A stretch of DNA of 63,334 nt, filler included, from Octopus bimaculoides (GCF_001194135.2; 5 parts of 5 records of this genome joined end to end with filler, not necessarily neighbours in it), one strand, 5' to 3'; counted from the first letter of the whole stretch, positions 25,650-38,797 are shown. Program-made: numbers and translations. Notes: generated by a model not told the origin, from the sequence alone.

Positions 25650-26654
25650 GTGGAAATGGGAGATGGGATATATATATATATATGCTTATAATAAAAAAAA
25701 AGTGGGAGTGGCAGGCAGAAAAGAAAAAGAAAAACGTACAAGTGAAAAAGAAAGCGAAAGAGAGAAGATAAAGAAAAGGTAAAGAAGCAAGAAGCATGAG
25801 AAAAGTTTAAAAAAACACTATTAACGATAATTGATAATTTGTATCAATCATGGGCAGAGAATATGTTCAATACATAAAGAGGAATGTGAAAGTGATTTGA
25901 AAGCATGCAATGTGTGTGTGTGTGTGTGTGTGTGTGACAGACACAGAGGTAACACTGGTTATACATCTTGATGGGGAGGGGGCAGATTATATAAAATAAA
26001 AACACATCACCACCACCAGCATCATGTACACCTTTTTTTTCCTTCTATTTCCCTTCTTTTGTCTTCACAATCATCCCACTTACCTTTCTTGTCATCACAC
26101 CTGTTTTTATCACTTATTTTCTTCATCACTGCATCTCTTATTAGATTCAAACACCAACTTCATCACCAAATTTTAACATGTTAACATTAATTAACATGAA
26201 ATTAGATGTATAGTAATCAGATATTAATTAAATTATAATACAATTGCTATAAAATAATTAGCTATTAATTACAGATAAATTAGTAAAATAAAAATCAGTA
26301 AACATGCAACATATTCTGAGTGAGGTACCCTGTTAAGCATACTAGGGTACTATTTTAAACACTACCTCATATACTGCTACCTTTTGTCCCTCGACCACTG
26401 CTACTACTTCTACTATCCACCTGTACCATTACCACAACCACCATTACTGTGACTTCTACCAATACCATTGCAATTATCCTCAACACCACTAAAACTACTG
26501 CCTAAACCAGGATGGTACCTTGTACCACACCTACCAATCCGATATTAACTGAATATATCTACTGACATGCATATGTGTGTTTATATATATCTGTGTTTGT
26601 GTGTATACAAACACACTTATATATACATACATGTGTGTATATACATGTGCATAT

Positions 26655-26692
<38 letters not shown>

Positions 26693-26702
26693 NNNNNNNN
26701 NN

Positions 26703-26746
<44 letters not shown>

Positions 26747-27108
26747 CATGTACACACACACACACACACATATATATATACATGCATGCGTTTATACACA
26801 CATATAATATGCATGTGTGTGTATATATAATATATATGTGTCTATATATGTATTTACATGTGCATATATATTACATATGCATTTATATATATGCATGCAT
26901 GTGTGTGTATGAGTATATATAAATATATGTATATATGATATATATATACACATATTTATATATGTCTCTATATACTTATGTATATATATGTGTGTTATTT
27001 ATCCCTTACCCCCTTACCCCCTTACCCGTCACCCTAAGTAATTATCCCTAATCTTGCGGAAAATCACTGAAAAGCTGCTGTCTTTTATTTTGATGATTTA
27101 TGGTGTAG

Positions 27109-27144
<36 letters not shown>

Positions 27145-27539
27145 CAGATTGTTTGTCCGTTTGTGCTTTAAGTATTTGTTTATCTATGTATGTATATAAA
27201 ATAGCTATGCATATAGGTAGGTATGTGTGTGTGTGTCTGTGTGTGTGCATGTGCAATTTGTCTCATGATTGGGCCATTGGCTAAGCCAGCAACACAATTA
27301 ATCCTGCTTGCTATGTCAGGTGGTTTTCATTGGATACCCCAAGCAGGATGATAAACAAAACCTATCAAGGGACAGATGAATTGAATAAGTCAAAGAACTT
27401 CTAAAAGCTGGGGGTGAGAGACCCCACCCCCCAAGTTTTTAGTTTTGACATTGCCCTTGGAGAAAGAAAACACTGACATAATGCATGAGACTCTGTTTGT
27501 ATCCAGTGAAGTAAATTAGTTTTTCATTTTGGGCAAAGG

Positions 27540-27631
27540 TTAAGCGATTGGGATTGACCCTTTACAAAGGTTAAGAGAGTGGGATTGACCCCTTACAAAG
27601 GTTAAGAGAGTGGGATTGACCCCTTACAAAG
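27540..27631 (+). repeat. 31 bp tandem repeat x3
   Basis: ttaagagagtgggattgaccccttacaaagg, with no spacers. Confidence 0.95.
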
Positions 27632-28349
27632 CTTTTTCTCACTTTAAAAAGCTCCAGGCATAGACATTGCTTGATTCCAAACATCTCTGTCCTGCAGTGG
27701 ATCCTATGGCTGGCCATAACTGACAAACGCAAAACATTCAAAGGCAAATTCCTTGATGCAATGGAGGCATGCATCAGTGTTTGTGGTAAGCATTGTGAAC
27801 CCCTGCTGCAAGAGGCACCGCTAATTGCCATATTTATGTAAATGAATGAAGGCCCTGGGCAACACTGAAAAGTCACATGTTGCTCATGTTTAAGAGGAGC
27901 ATCAAACAATGGCATTGCTCAGGAACTGAACTACAAATGAATGCATTTATATAAGTTTTTATGTTTATGTATGGGTGTATAGACTTTTGAAGATTTAGAT
28001 AAAATGATATTCTTCCTTCCCTCTACTAGTTTGGATACTCACCTTTAACAAGGTGCCTTCATCCATCATGGGGGTGTATGTACCAACAAGAATATGGGTG
28101 CCTTCAGAAACAGGGGTATCACCAGGAATGGCTACCTTGTGAAGTAAAGATTCCACTAGGAATATTGGTACCCTGAGAACTACTTGTAGCATTAAGTACT
28201 TTGAGAAGGGCAGCCACAATCAAGAACAGGGGTACTTTAAGAAGTAAATGTACTTTTAGGTACATGAGGACCCTGAGAAGTACAGCTAGTACATTAGGTA
28301 CCTTGAAAATACAAGTACCATTCCATGAGATACAAAGGTGTCAAAACAG

Positions 28350-28446
<97 letters not shown>

Positions 28447-28994
28447 GATTGTATGTATGTATGTATGTATATGCAGATATTTTTTGTGCTTTATGTCTAT
28501 ATATATATGATCAGTTATATGTGTGTATATCTATATATGTGTATGTATAGATGCACGTTTTTCTATGTATGTATACATGTTTGTCTGCGTGCGTGTGCGT
28601 CTTTACGTGTCAGCTGATTGCTAACGATACCCTGCCTCCGTTATTAGCAGACTGACGACTCAGCAGCAGGTGAGATGCTGGGCAAGGTGTCACCCTTACG
28701 CAAGAAAATTAGGAAGGTCATATGCAAGTCCCGTCGTGACCCTTCTTATTATGATGATTAGTTGCCCCAACACTGTTGTCAGGTCAGCTAGGAGGGTAGG
28801 TATACTCATTCACATATTTTTGCATCTCACTCACATATATGCATATGAATATACATACATGTATGTATGTTTATATGTGTGTGCGTGTATATATATATAT
28901 ATATATATATATGCATGTACACACACACACACTCATTCACTCACAAATAAGTACATAAGATACATACAAATATATAGATATGTGTGTGTATGTG

Positions 28995-29059
<65 letters not shown>

Positions 29060-29227
29060 TTGCATATATATTTGAATACATTTATATGCACATACTTCTG
29101 TATAGATATATATAATTAGTGTGTACATACATTAACAGTTATGATAATAATAAAGAAAAATACTCTACACAGACTCATGATCAAAAATTTAGGAGAAGGG
29201 AGAGGTGATTAGATGGACAAAGAATAC

Positions 29228-29265
<38 letters not shown>

Positions 29266-29287
29266 TAATAATGATAATAATAATGCT

Positions 29288-29480
29288 TTCAAATTTTGGC
29301 ACACTCCTGGAAATTTGGAAGAGATGGGGTAAATTGATTGGATGGCCCCCAATACACGACTGGTACTTTATTTTAGCAACCTGAAAGGATGGAAAGCAAA
29401 ATCTGACCCTGACTGGGTCTGGACTCAGAAAAGAAAGAACTGGAAGAAATGTCACAAAGAATTCTGTCCAATAAACAATT
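29288..29480 (-). mobile_element. Degenerate SINE family A copy
   Basis: ctggtactttattt...gaaaggatggaaagcaaa. Confidence 0.6.
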
Positions 29481-29796
29481 TTACCAATTTTCACTACGTT
29501 GATAACAATGAAAATAATGACAATAATGATAATGATAATTATGATAATGCTAATTATGATAATGATAATTATGATAATGATATTATTATAAATTATGATG
29601 ACAGACTAAAATTAGGTATGTTGGAAGATAACACGAGGTAAATAAATGTTCTTTTACTTTCTTACACAGCATATATAAATACACACATACACACACAGAC
29701 ATGGAATAAATTGTCATTTGAACACACAACTTTCTTGTTATAAAGGATTGCTTCACATTACAATCGTATCCACCACACTTTGCTTCACTATGTTTG

Positions 29797-29869
<73 letters not shown>

Positions 29870-30335
29870 TGCATGTATTTATATCAATGTGAAATGTCAC
29901 ATGAAATGCTACTACTAATCCAGTTTTAATATATATATCACACATTTTGATTCTTATCTAAATATTGTCATTTAAATATTATGCTATATGCTTTTATTTC
30001 ATGTTTATCAGTTCATGTACATACAACAGACGATATATAACTGAAATAAAACACATATGTATGTATACATACACATGAGACGAGCGATGAGAGGAAGTCA
30101 CATGCAACACATTTCATAGAATTTACCATTTAAGAAGAGTTTAACTTAGTTCCATGCAACGTAAAGTTTCAAAGACTCAAAAAATGGATCCATTTCATTA
30201 GGCAGCTATTAAATATATTCTTCACTTGCTCTATATACCTATATATATATATACGATTGCAGCATGGAAGGTGTTTATAAGCCATTTAAAATAACACACA
30301 AAATCCGTTAGATTCACTTCAACATTTAAATTTAA

Positions 30336-30386
30336 TTTGTCAAAATATTTTCGTCGCTTTGAGACCGCGACCTGTTCACTGACAAA
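30336..30386 (-). ncRNA. Minimal type-I hammerhead-like motif with G3:C8 core swap
   Basis: Minus strand reads UUUGUCA-GUGAACA-G-GUCGC(GGUCUCAAA)GCGAC-GAAAA-UA-UUU-UGACAAA. Stem I 7 bp perfect, stem II 5 bp perfect, palindromic short stem III. Confidence 0.5.
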
Positions 30387-30859
30387 ATTCTGTGCTGCAT
30401 CTCTATATATATACGGCAAATAAGAAAATAGAGAGGATACAAAAACAACATCCATCAGCCGGTAGACATTCTAGTATGTCTATTTATTCCAAAGTAATAG
30501 AAAGTATTAGAAGAATACAGACACATGTAATAACTATGTGTTATATACACAGGTACTAATATTACAGAAAAGAGCAAAAGATCAGATTGTCACAAGGTGC
30601 TAAGTTCCTTATGACCGTTTCTGCAAAGAGGCAATGCAATCCTCCATCTCTTCAGTGTTCTGTGTTGTGTTCTTGAGCAAGAAACTTCATTTCATGTTGC
30701 TCCACTCCACTAACTTGATAAAAAGGAGTAACCCTGTGATGGACTAGGGTCCCTATCCAGGGAAGAATATTTATGTGCCGCAGGAAATAGAGAACTGACC
30801 TATGAGTCTATGACAAGTGACAGATCATCCTTTTGGTTTTTGGGGTTTTTTTTCTTTGA

Positions 30860-30897
<38 letters not shown>

Positions 30898-31569
30898 CTG
30901 TTTTGCTCTTCATATTTTCTAATTTTTTTTTTATTATCAGAAACAATTGTTTTATTATTTTTATATATTTTTCTCTTCTCCACAGACAAGGTATGTGAGA
31001 CGTGTTTTTTAAAAGACGTTGGAAGGACAAACAAGAACAACAACGAAATAAAAAGACAACAGATTTGATAAAGAAATAACCCTTAAAACCCACTTTCAAA
31101 AGAAAAAGAAAAAAAACACCATTTAATATCAATTTTAATTAAATTTTATTTAATTTAAAAACAAATTTTAATAACTGAAATCTTGGAACTTTGGTAACCT
31201 CCACCCACCCCCACTGGATTGTAATTCGTATAATTTCTATTAATTCTGCCGTAGCAATGATAGCAAATGAACACACACGCATACACCAACATAAACACAC
31301 ACAAATATTAGCTTGCCTCCTGCCTGCAAGTAAATCGGTGACCTTCGCCACCACGTGTCCGCCTGACTTTTCGTGCCACATTTCGTATCCTGTCTCTCTT
31401 ATTTCTGATCTGGTTTTCTCACCTGCTTCCTCTTTAATTAATGGTTAATTAACTGACTAAAAATAATGATGATAATAATAATAATAATAATAAAAAACTT
31501 TTTGAAAACTATCAATAAATCTCTGTTTCTACTAATATACATATATACACAATCACATACAGATTGAAC

Positions 31570-31620
<51 letters not shown>

Positions 31621-31672
31621 GGTATTGAAGTATGTATATACAATATACACATAAGTGTGTGTATACAAATAA

Positions 31673-31711
<39 letters not shown>

Positions 31712-32234
31712 TATATAGAAACACGCACATATTCATATATATATATATATGTATATATATACACACACACACACTTATATAAATGCATTGATATACGGGA
31801 AATAAATATAAATTCTACAAGATCAACCTTTAACGAGTTGATTGACGATTTTTGGAATTAGGTGTGGCTGCAGATGCAGTGGCTTTNNNNNNNNNNNNNN
31901 NNNNNNNNNNNNNNNNNNNNNNNNNNNNNNNNNNNNNNNNNNNNNNNNNNNNNNNNNNNNNNNNNNNNNNNNNNNNNNNNNNNNNNNNNNNNNNNNNNNN
32001 NNNNNNNNNNNNNNNNNNNNNNNNNNNNNNNNNNNNNNNNNNNNNNNNNNNNNNNNNNNNNNNNNNNNNNNNNNNNNNNNNNNNNNNNNNNNNNNNNNNN
32101 NNNNNNNNNNNNNNNNNNNNNNNNNNNNNNNNNNNNNNNNNNNNNNNNNNNNNNNNNNNNNNNNNNNNNNNNNNNNNNNNNNNNNNNNNNNNNNNNNNNN
32201 NNNNNNNNNNNNNNNNNNNNNNNNNNNNNNNNNN

Positions 32235-32280
<46 letters not shown>

Positions 32281-32460
32281 AATGTATGTATGTATGTACT
32301 CTTTATCACACTTGTGTGGCATATTGAGAGATGATCGTGTATTTATAAAAATATACATATATATTTATATACATACATATTGATACACATACATACATAC
32401 ATATAAGACCATGTTTTGTTTGTCTGGTTTATACACATGTACATCTACATTATATACATG

Positions 32461-32498
<38 letters not shown>

Positions 32499-33280
32499 GC
32501 AGTGAGTCTTTTTTTCTTCTCCTCTTTTACACAATGAATGTGGCTACATCTTTACTTGACTCTTTCCTTCTTTCAGTCTTTCTTTCTTTTTCTTTCTTTA
32601 ACTTATTCATTTTTTGTAATTCAAACAATTTTCTCTGAAATGAAGTTTTACAATTTCAAATATTTTTCTTATGATGATTTTTATTTTTTGTCAATTTTCT
32701 TTCGATTTTTATTTTGTATTTTTGTTTATGAAAAATCAATTGAATTGATTTCACTTATATTTTGTTGTCTTTGATGTTAATTGCAAGTAATTTTCGACTT
32801 TATTCTTATACACCAAATCTACGTTTGCTGGAAAAAAAACAAAGATGGTGAAATAAGAATTTCCACTCTCCATTCACTGATATCAAGTTTTTAGTTTTTA
32901 AAACATGAATAAAAATAAAAAGAGGATGGCATATAAAAAAATACACACGCATATGCACAATACATCACTATACAATCCTTCTGTTTGTAATTTATATAAA
33001 TACACACACAAACACACACATGCTTATAGAAATACACATATGTATAGAATATCTACACCCACACACACACATATACATATGTATAGTGCACCACACCTAG
33101 GCTCCTTCCTAATTATTTACAGGTAAATGTTATTACGTAATTATCAAACATTATCATCAGTAAATACATACACAGAATTTTGCAGACAGCACATGCATGC
33201 AAGCATGCAGTTGCACATAGTACACACAAACTGAAAATGCACCTTTAAGTGTGTACACATTTGTGTGCGTATGTGTGTGT

Positions 33281-33319
<39 letters not shown>

Positions 33320-34292
33320 CATACACATATACATAACTGGGAGAAAAGAATACTCAATACATGATGTAGAGTATATGAATTTTATTTATTGTTTTTTTTT
33401 TAAGCTGAATAAAACTTCAGTAGTTACTGAGGCACTTGAGTTTTGTGTTGAACAGCTGATAAACAGAAAACTCTACTGTTTAATAACAAATGAAGTTTGT
33501 TTTAGCTACAATTTTATATATATATATATCTATACAATTCATATATATATATATGTATATATATATATACATACACACACACACACACACTCGTGGAAAG
33601 CACCCAGGAGGATATCAAGGAACATCCAATGTACACGTGATCTTCATTCATGCAATAATACTTAAAACAGTAATGTACATCTGATCCCATCAATCAAAGA
33701 TGTTTACCTTTATAAAAATGATAATAATAATAATAATAATAATAATAAGGATGATAGTTATTATAATTATTTACCATCATCATCATCGTCGTCGTCATTT
33801 TAACGTCTCCTTTTCCATGCTTAGGAAATTCTTCAAGGTAGATTTTCTACAGTTGGCATGCTCTTCCTGCTGTTAACCCTCGATGGTTTCTTAGCAAGGT
33901 AATATGTTCTCCTGGTAATGCAAATAATAAACTGCCCAGGTGCTGGTTATGTTTCTGGAGATGATGTTTGTTTACAATTAGTGGTGTGTGATGCCAAGAC
34001 AAGGAGACATGCACACAAATACACGCACATGCATGTGCACACATATGTGTATATAGATATATATATGTGCACCCCAAACAGATTTCTTGTCAGATTCTAT
34101 TAAATAATACACTCACATAGCAATAATAAGAAGAATAACAATAATGATAATAATAATGGTTACTAGTTGAGGACCACGACCAGAGAGTTGATACAATCAT
34201 ACATCACTGGTGCCATATTTTTATTGCCTCAGAAAGAGTTAAGAACAAACTTGACCTCAACAGAAGTCCAACTTTACCTTTTAATAATAATA

Positions 34293-34343
<51 letters not shown>

Positions 34344-34689
34344 GCCTGATAAGAGATCAACGAAAGCAGGAATAGGAATTAGTGTAAACTGCCAGACTGA
34401 TTTCTTGGTTTGTTTTTAGTGAATTTTTTTTTGAGATTGTTTTTTGTTCCAAATTAATTTTTGTATAATTATTGCCATTAAAATATAAATAAATAAGACA
34501 ATGACTGAACTCAGAGATGTATTATTGTCATTTTCAGTGTGAAAGAGTTCAACGAGTATTCCATAGGGATATTCAGTTGGGATCACAATAATTTCATCCC
34601 CTTCCACAGCACCATGACCCTTAAAGGCACTTTCTGTGTTGAGTCAAAAGTTTTGCAAGATTTGGGTAACTTATTTGGGTAACTTATCT

Positions 34690-35110
34690 GCTTCGTTTGT
34701 CAAGTTACAACAAAGACAGCCAAATATTCAAAGTGGAGGCCATCGGGTTGCATCGTCTGAAGCCACCTTTCTGCCAATCCTTTGATCCCAATTTCAGTGA
34801 TTGCTTCAACTTATCTTTATACCAAAGGATGTCTTCCTTTACCACAGTATCCCTCTACTTGTTGGCCATACAAAAGAATTTTTGGAATGCAGTCATCTTT
34901 CATTCAAACAACATTTCCTACCCATCTGTACTGAATGCTCATCAGCATACTTTGGATACTGGAGATATCACATTTTCCTAAGATTTTCACATCTGATATC
35001 TTATCTTGCCATTTTATGTTACAGATATTGCACAGACAGCACATGTGAAAGGTTTCAAGTTTTTTTATATGTCTATAGTAGGGAGTCCATGCGTCTACAC
35101 CATACAAAAA
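34690..35110 (-). mobile_element. Degenerate BovB-like RTE LINE fragment (a second RTE family)
   Basis: YGVDAWTPYYRHIKKLETFHMCCLCNICNIKWQDKIS...YRWVGNVV*MKDDCIPKILLYG, resembling the BovB-type post-RT motif LYGSETWT...FH.RCLR.IL.I.WQD..S...LRW.GHV.RM...IPK.LLYG. Confidence 0.75.
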
Positions 35111-35399
35111 ATAATAATAATAATAATAATAATGATAATGCTTTCTTTATTAATCAAAATAATAATAACAATCATCATAGATTTTAACATAGGCACAAAG
35201 CCTGGAGTTTGAGAGAGGGGTACAGTTGATTAAGTTATCCCACAGTATTTCACTGGTACTTTGTTTTAACACTGGGAGGATAAAAAGCAATGCTGACCTT
35301 GGCTGAATCTGAACCGAGATATTAACATAGGTATATACACAGATATTATAGACACTCTCTCTAAAATATATATTTTTAAATATATATATATATATATAT

Positions 35400-35439
<40 letters not shown>

Positions 35440-35561
35440 GTATAATCATTTATATAACAATGAAAACTGCACAGTATATTTACATGGTGACTTGGTAAGC
35501 TATTTAGTAATTTATACAGTGACTCAGTAATTTAGACAGTCACCTGCATTTACAAAATGAA

Positions 35562-35669
35562 TCAGTAGTTTTTCCTCAGCTGTTTATTTTCTAGTTTCAG
35601 CTGTTGATTTTCAGCAATCAGATCTTTGACAAGAGACAGATGTTGCTGGAGTCCATTAAAAATCTCGAC
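35562..35669 (-). CDS. NEDD1: NEDD1-like terminal coding exon (VEIFNGLQQHLSLVKDLIAENQQLKLENKQLRKNY*)
   Basis: ttctttcag acceptor, phase 0, TGA at 35562-35564; heptad pattern like the NEDD1 gamma-tubulin-binding tail. Confidence 0.88.
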   Translation of the reverse strand, partial: VEIFNGLQQHLSLVKDLIAENQQLKLENKQLRKNY

Positions 35670-36184
35670 CTGAAAGAACAGGAAAGAATAAAAGAAACAA
35701 TCAATATTTTAATAGGTGTCATGAGGTGGTGGAAGGAAGAGATAAGTTATTCCAACTGGAACAGAGAGAGGTGCTAGAGTGATATTGATATATATATATC
35801 AATCCTGGACAGGGGAAGAGATGCTTCATTTAGTACCTAAGAATAGGAGTGGTTTACGTAAGGGTTTATTATATGCTACCAGTACCTTCCTAATAAACCA
35901 TCCATTGTACCATACCAAGGCTTCCTCAGTAACTTCACCAATAAGGACATCCATAAGACCTGATACATTCCAAACTTTCCCCAGTGCCTATCAGGTACAT
36001 GTACCTCATTGATATGGCCATCCATAGCATCGATACATTCTTCAATGAATATGATGTATCAGTCCCACACCAATAAGGCCATCCATAGTATTGATATTTT
36101 CCAACTTTCAAAAGTGTTTATGAAGTACAGGTAACTCATCAATATGGCCCTCCAGGAGACCTACCATCTCTAAGTCTATTGTTT

Positions 36185-37290
36185 GCAATAAAGACTGCAA
36201 ACAAACAGGAAACAACTTCTATCTCATTCCAGGGTGAAAAACTAGAGGTAGTCGATAGCTTCCGCTATCTGGGCGACCAAGTTAGTAGTGGGGGTGGGTG
36301 CGCTGAAAGTGTAGCTGCTAGAATAAGAATAGCCTGGGCAAAGTTTAGAGAGCTCTTACCCCTGCTGGCGACAAAGGGACTCTCACTCAGAGTAAAAGGC
36401 AGACTGTATGACGCATGCGTACGAACAACCATGCTACATGGCAGTGAAACATGGGCTGTAACTGCTGAGGACATACGTAAGCTCGCAAGGAATGAAGCCA
36501 GTATGCTCCGTTGGATGTGTAATGTCAATGTNNNNNNNNNNNNNNNNNNNNNNNNNNNNNNNNNNNNNNNNNNNNNNNNNNNNNNNNNNNNNNNNNNNNN
36601 NNNNNNNNNNNNNNNNNNNNNNNNNNNNNNNNNNNNNNNNNNNNNNNNNNNNNNNNNNNNNNNNNNNNNNNNNNNNNNNNNNNNNNNNNNNNNNNNNNNN
36701 NNNNNNNNNNNNNNNNNNNNNNNNNNNNNNNNNNNNNNNNNNNNNNNNNNNNNNNNNNNNNNNNNNNNNNNNNNNNNNNNNNNNNNNNNNNNNNNNNNNN
36801 NNNNNNNNNNNNNNNNNNNNNNNNNNNNNNNNNNNNNNNNNNNNNNNNNNNNNNNNNNNNNNNNNNNNNNNNNNNNNNNNNNNNNNNNNNNNNNNNNNNN
36901 NNNNNNNNNNNNNNNNNNNNNNNNNNNNNNNNNNNNNNNNNNNNNNNNNNNNNNNNNNNNNNNNNNNNNNNNNNNNNNNNNNNNNNNNNNNNNNNNNNNN
37001 NNNNNNNNNNNNNNNNNNNNNNNNNNNNNNNNNNNNNNNNNNNNNNNNNNNNNNNNNNNNNNNNNNNNNNNNNNNNNNNNNNNNNNNNNNNNNNNCGTGC
37101 GGGTGACACGTAAAAGCACCCACTACACTCTCTGAGTGGTTGGCGTTAGGAAGGGCATCCAGCTGTAGAAACTCTGCCAAATCAGACTGGAGCCTGGTGT
37201 TGCCATCCGGTTTCACCAGTCCTCAGTCAAATCGTCCAACCCATGCTAGCATGGAAAGCGGACGTTAAACGATGATGATGATGATGATGA
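36185..37290 (+). mobile_element. Young RTE LINE in the last NEDD1 intron (interrupted by a gap)
   Basis: ORF 36179: EKLEVVDSFRYLGD...GRLYDACVRTTMLHGSETW; after the gap comes the 3' end gttaaac(gat)n. Confidence 0.9.
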
Positions 37291-37445
37291 TTCTGCCCAG
37301 CTCGCTAACAATTCTGCCAGCTTGCTATCTTAAAATAATAATAATAATAATAGTAGTAGTAGTAGTAGTAGTAGTAATGTTTTCTTTATTGCCAACAAGG
37401 GCCGAAGGCATTGGGGACCACATGAAAAATAAGACATCAAGGTAC

Positions 37446-37745
37446 CTTTTGTTGTTGCATCATGCGCAGAACATTCATCTGCATACAGAGGAAATCGTTG
37501 TGGATGTTGTCTGTGAATACTTCCATTGCATCGTAGACAACACTGTGCAGCAGCTTAAAAGAGACCGAGTTAGACGATGGAATGTTAGGTGCAGCTGCAG
37601 CAGTTGCAGCAGTGGTCATGGTGGGAGCAACCGATTCTGTTGCAGTTGTTGCTGTTAGTGGTATGGAGTGGATCTGGCTGGGTGCAGTGGTTGCTGAAGG
37701 TGCAGCTTTCTGCATGACAATTTCAACAGTGACAGGGGTGGATAC
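37446..37745 (-). CDS. NEDD1: NEDD1-like exon entering the C-terminal coiled coil (...SVSFKLLHSVVYDAMEVFTDNIHNDFLCMQMNVLRMMQQQK)
   Basis: tttatccag acceptor, GTACC donor, 300 nt, phase 0/0; aligns to NEDD1 IQIRFIQNMIQETLDDFREACHRDIVNLQVEMIKQFHMQ. Confidence 0.88.
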
Positions 37746-37861
37746 CTGGATAAAGACAGACAGACAGACACAATGAAGTTAGTAAATGAAGTGTTGAGAA
37801 GGTGGAGGAAGAGGAGAACAACAATATGGGTGTCAACTTCCTCTACAGAGTGAATGTATGA

Positions 37862-37910
<49 letters not shown>

Positions 37911-38059
37911 AGTTTGTGAGGCCAAGAGTGTATTTCCCCCATGGCTTCACATGTGGGCATTGTTTATTTGCAGTCCTCCTTGAAAGCACATGTAGGTTGT
38001 TCAAGAGACAGGGATGCAAAGGAGAGGGGTGATTATCACCTTTGCTTGGAAACTGGATT

Positions 38060-38200
38060 GGTGTTAGAAAGGGCATCCAGCTGTAGAAACCTTGCCAAAA
38101 CAGATATCTGCAGCCTGGTGCTGCCCTTTGGCTTGCCTGTTCCTACCAAGCCATCCAACCCATGCTAGCAGGGAAGACGGACATTCAGTGATGATGATAT
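38060..38200 (+). mobile_element. Old RTE 3' end (NEDD1 intron)
   Basis: agggcatccagctgtagaaac...ccaacccatgctagc. Confidence 0.75.
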
Positions 38201-38462
38201 ATTTATCATCATCATCATCATAGTTTTAATGTCCACTTGTCCATGCTAGTATGATGAGTTTGATGAAACTTGTTGAGGCAGATCTTCTAAATGTTCTACT
38301 TGTAGCCATGCTGAAATTCTTTCCAAACAACATAATAAATACCCACCAAGAGTTCTTAGAGGAATAAACAACACAACAATCAGACATTTCTTCCATGGCA
38401 GAAAGAGAAAAAAAACCGAAGCCAGAAAGAAACGGCAGATGCAAGGGAAAAGATGATCTTAC

Positions 38463-38797
38463 CTTTGTGTTTGTTGTCATTGTTGGTGACATCCCGCTGC
38501 TGCTGGATGCTGTCCCCTGGCTATTAAAAGTCTCTGTTGGGGAGACCAGGTCCCTGACATCCCAATTTCTTCTGTTCATTAAAGAAGACTTACGTGACGT
38601 GACCGGTGTGATGTGATGGACGTCCATCTCCAACACGGGCTGAGGAGATTGTTTGTTTAGCAGGGCCGCTTGGGCACTGCTGCTGCCCTGGGTTCCAAGG
38701 TCTGCTTTTCTGTGGACCATTGAGGTGAAGTCAAATGGTGATTGCAGCTGAGCTGAAGTGAAAGCAGAGCCGGCAGCAGAGGGGTTGGTGGGTCTAC
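38463..38797 (-). CDS. NEDD1: NEDD1-like S/T/P-rich linker exon (GRPTNPSAAG...MSPTMTTNTK)
   Basis: cccttttcag acceptor, GTAAG donor, 335 nt, phase 1 to 0; overlaps ORF 38226-38720. Confidence 0.8.

Noticed and set aside
27540-27631. 31-bp repeats (and the 88-bp repeats at 48776) as CRISPR arrays
   Set aside because: Head-to-tail tandem units with no unique spacers and no cas genes, in a eukaryotic context.
34416-34607. ORF MEGDEIIVIPTEYPYGILVELF...
   Set aside because: An in-frame stop lies just upstream, there are no splice sites, the 3' half is AT-rich low complexity, and it abuts the BovB-like fragment.
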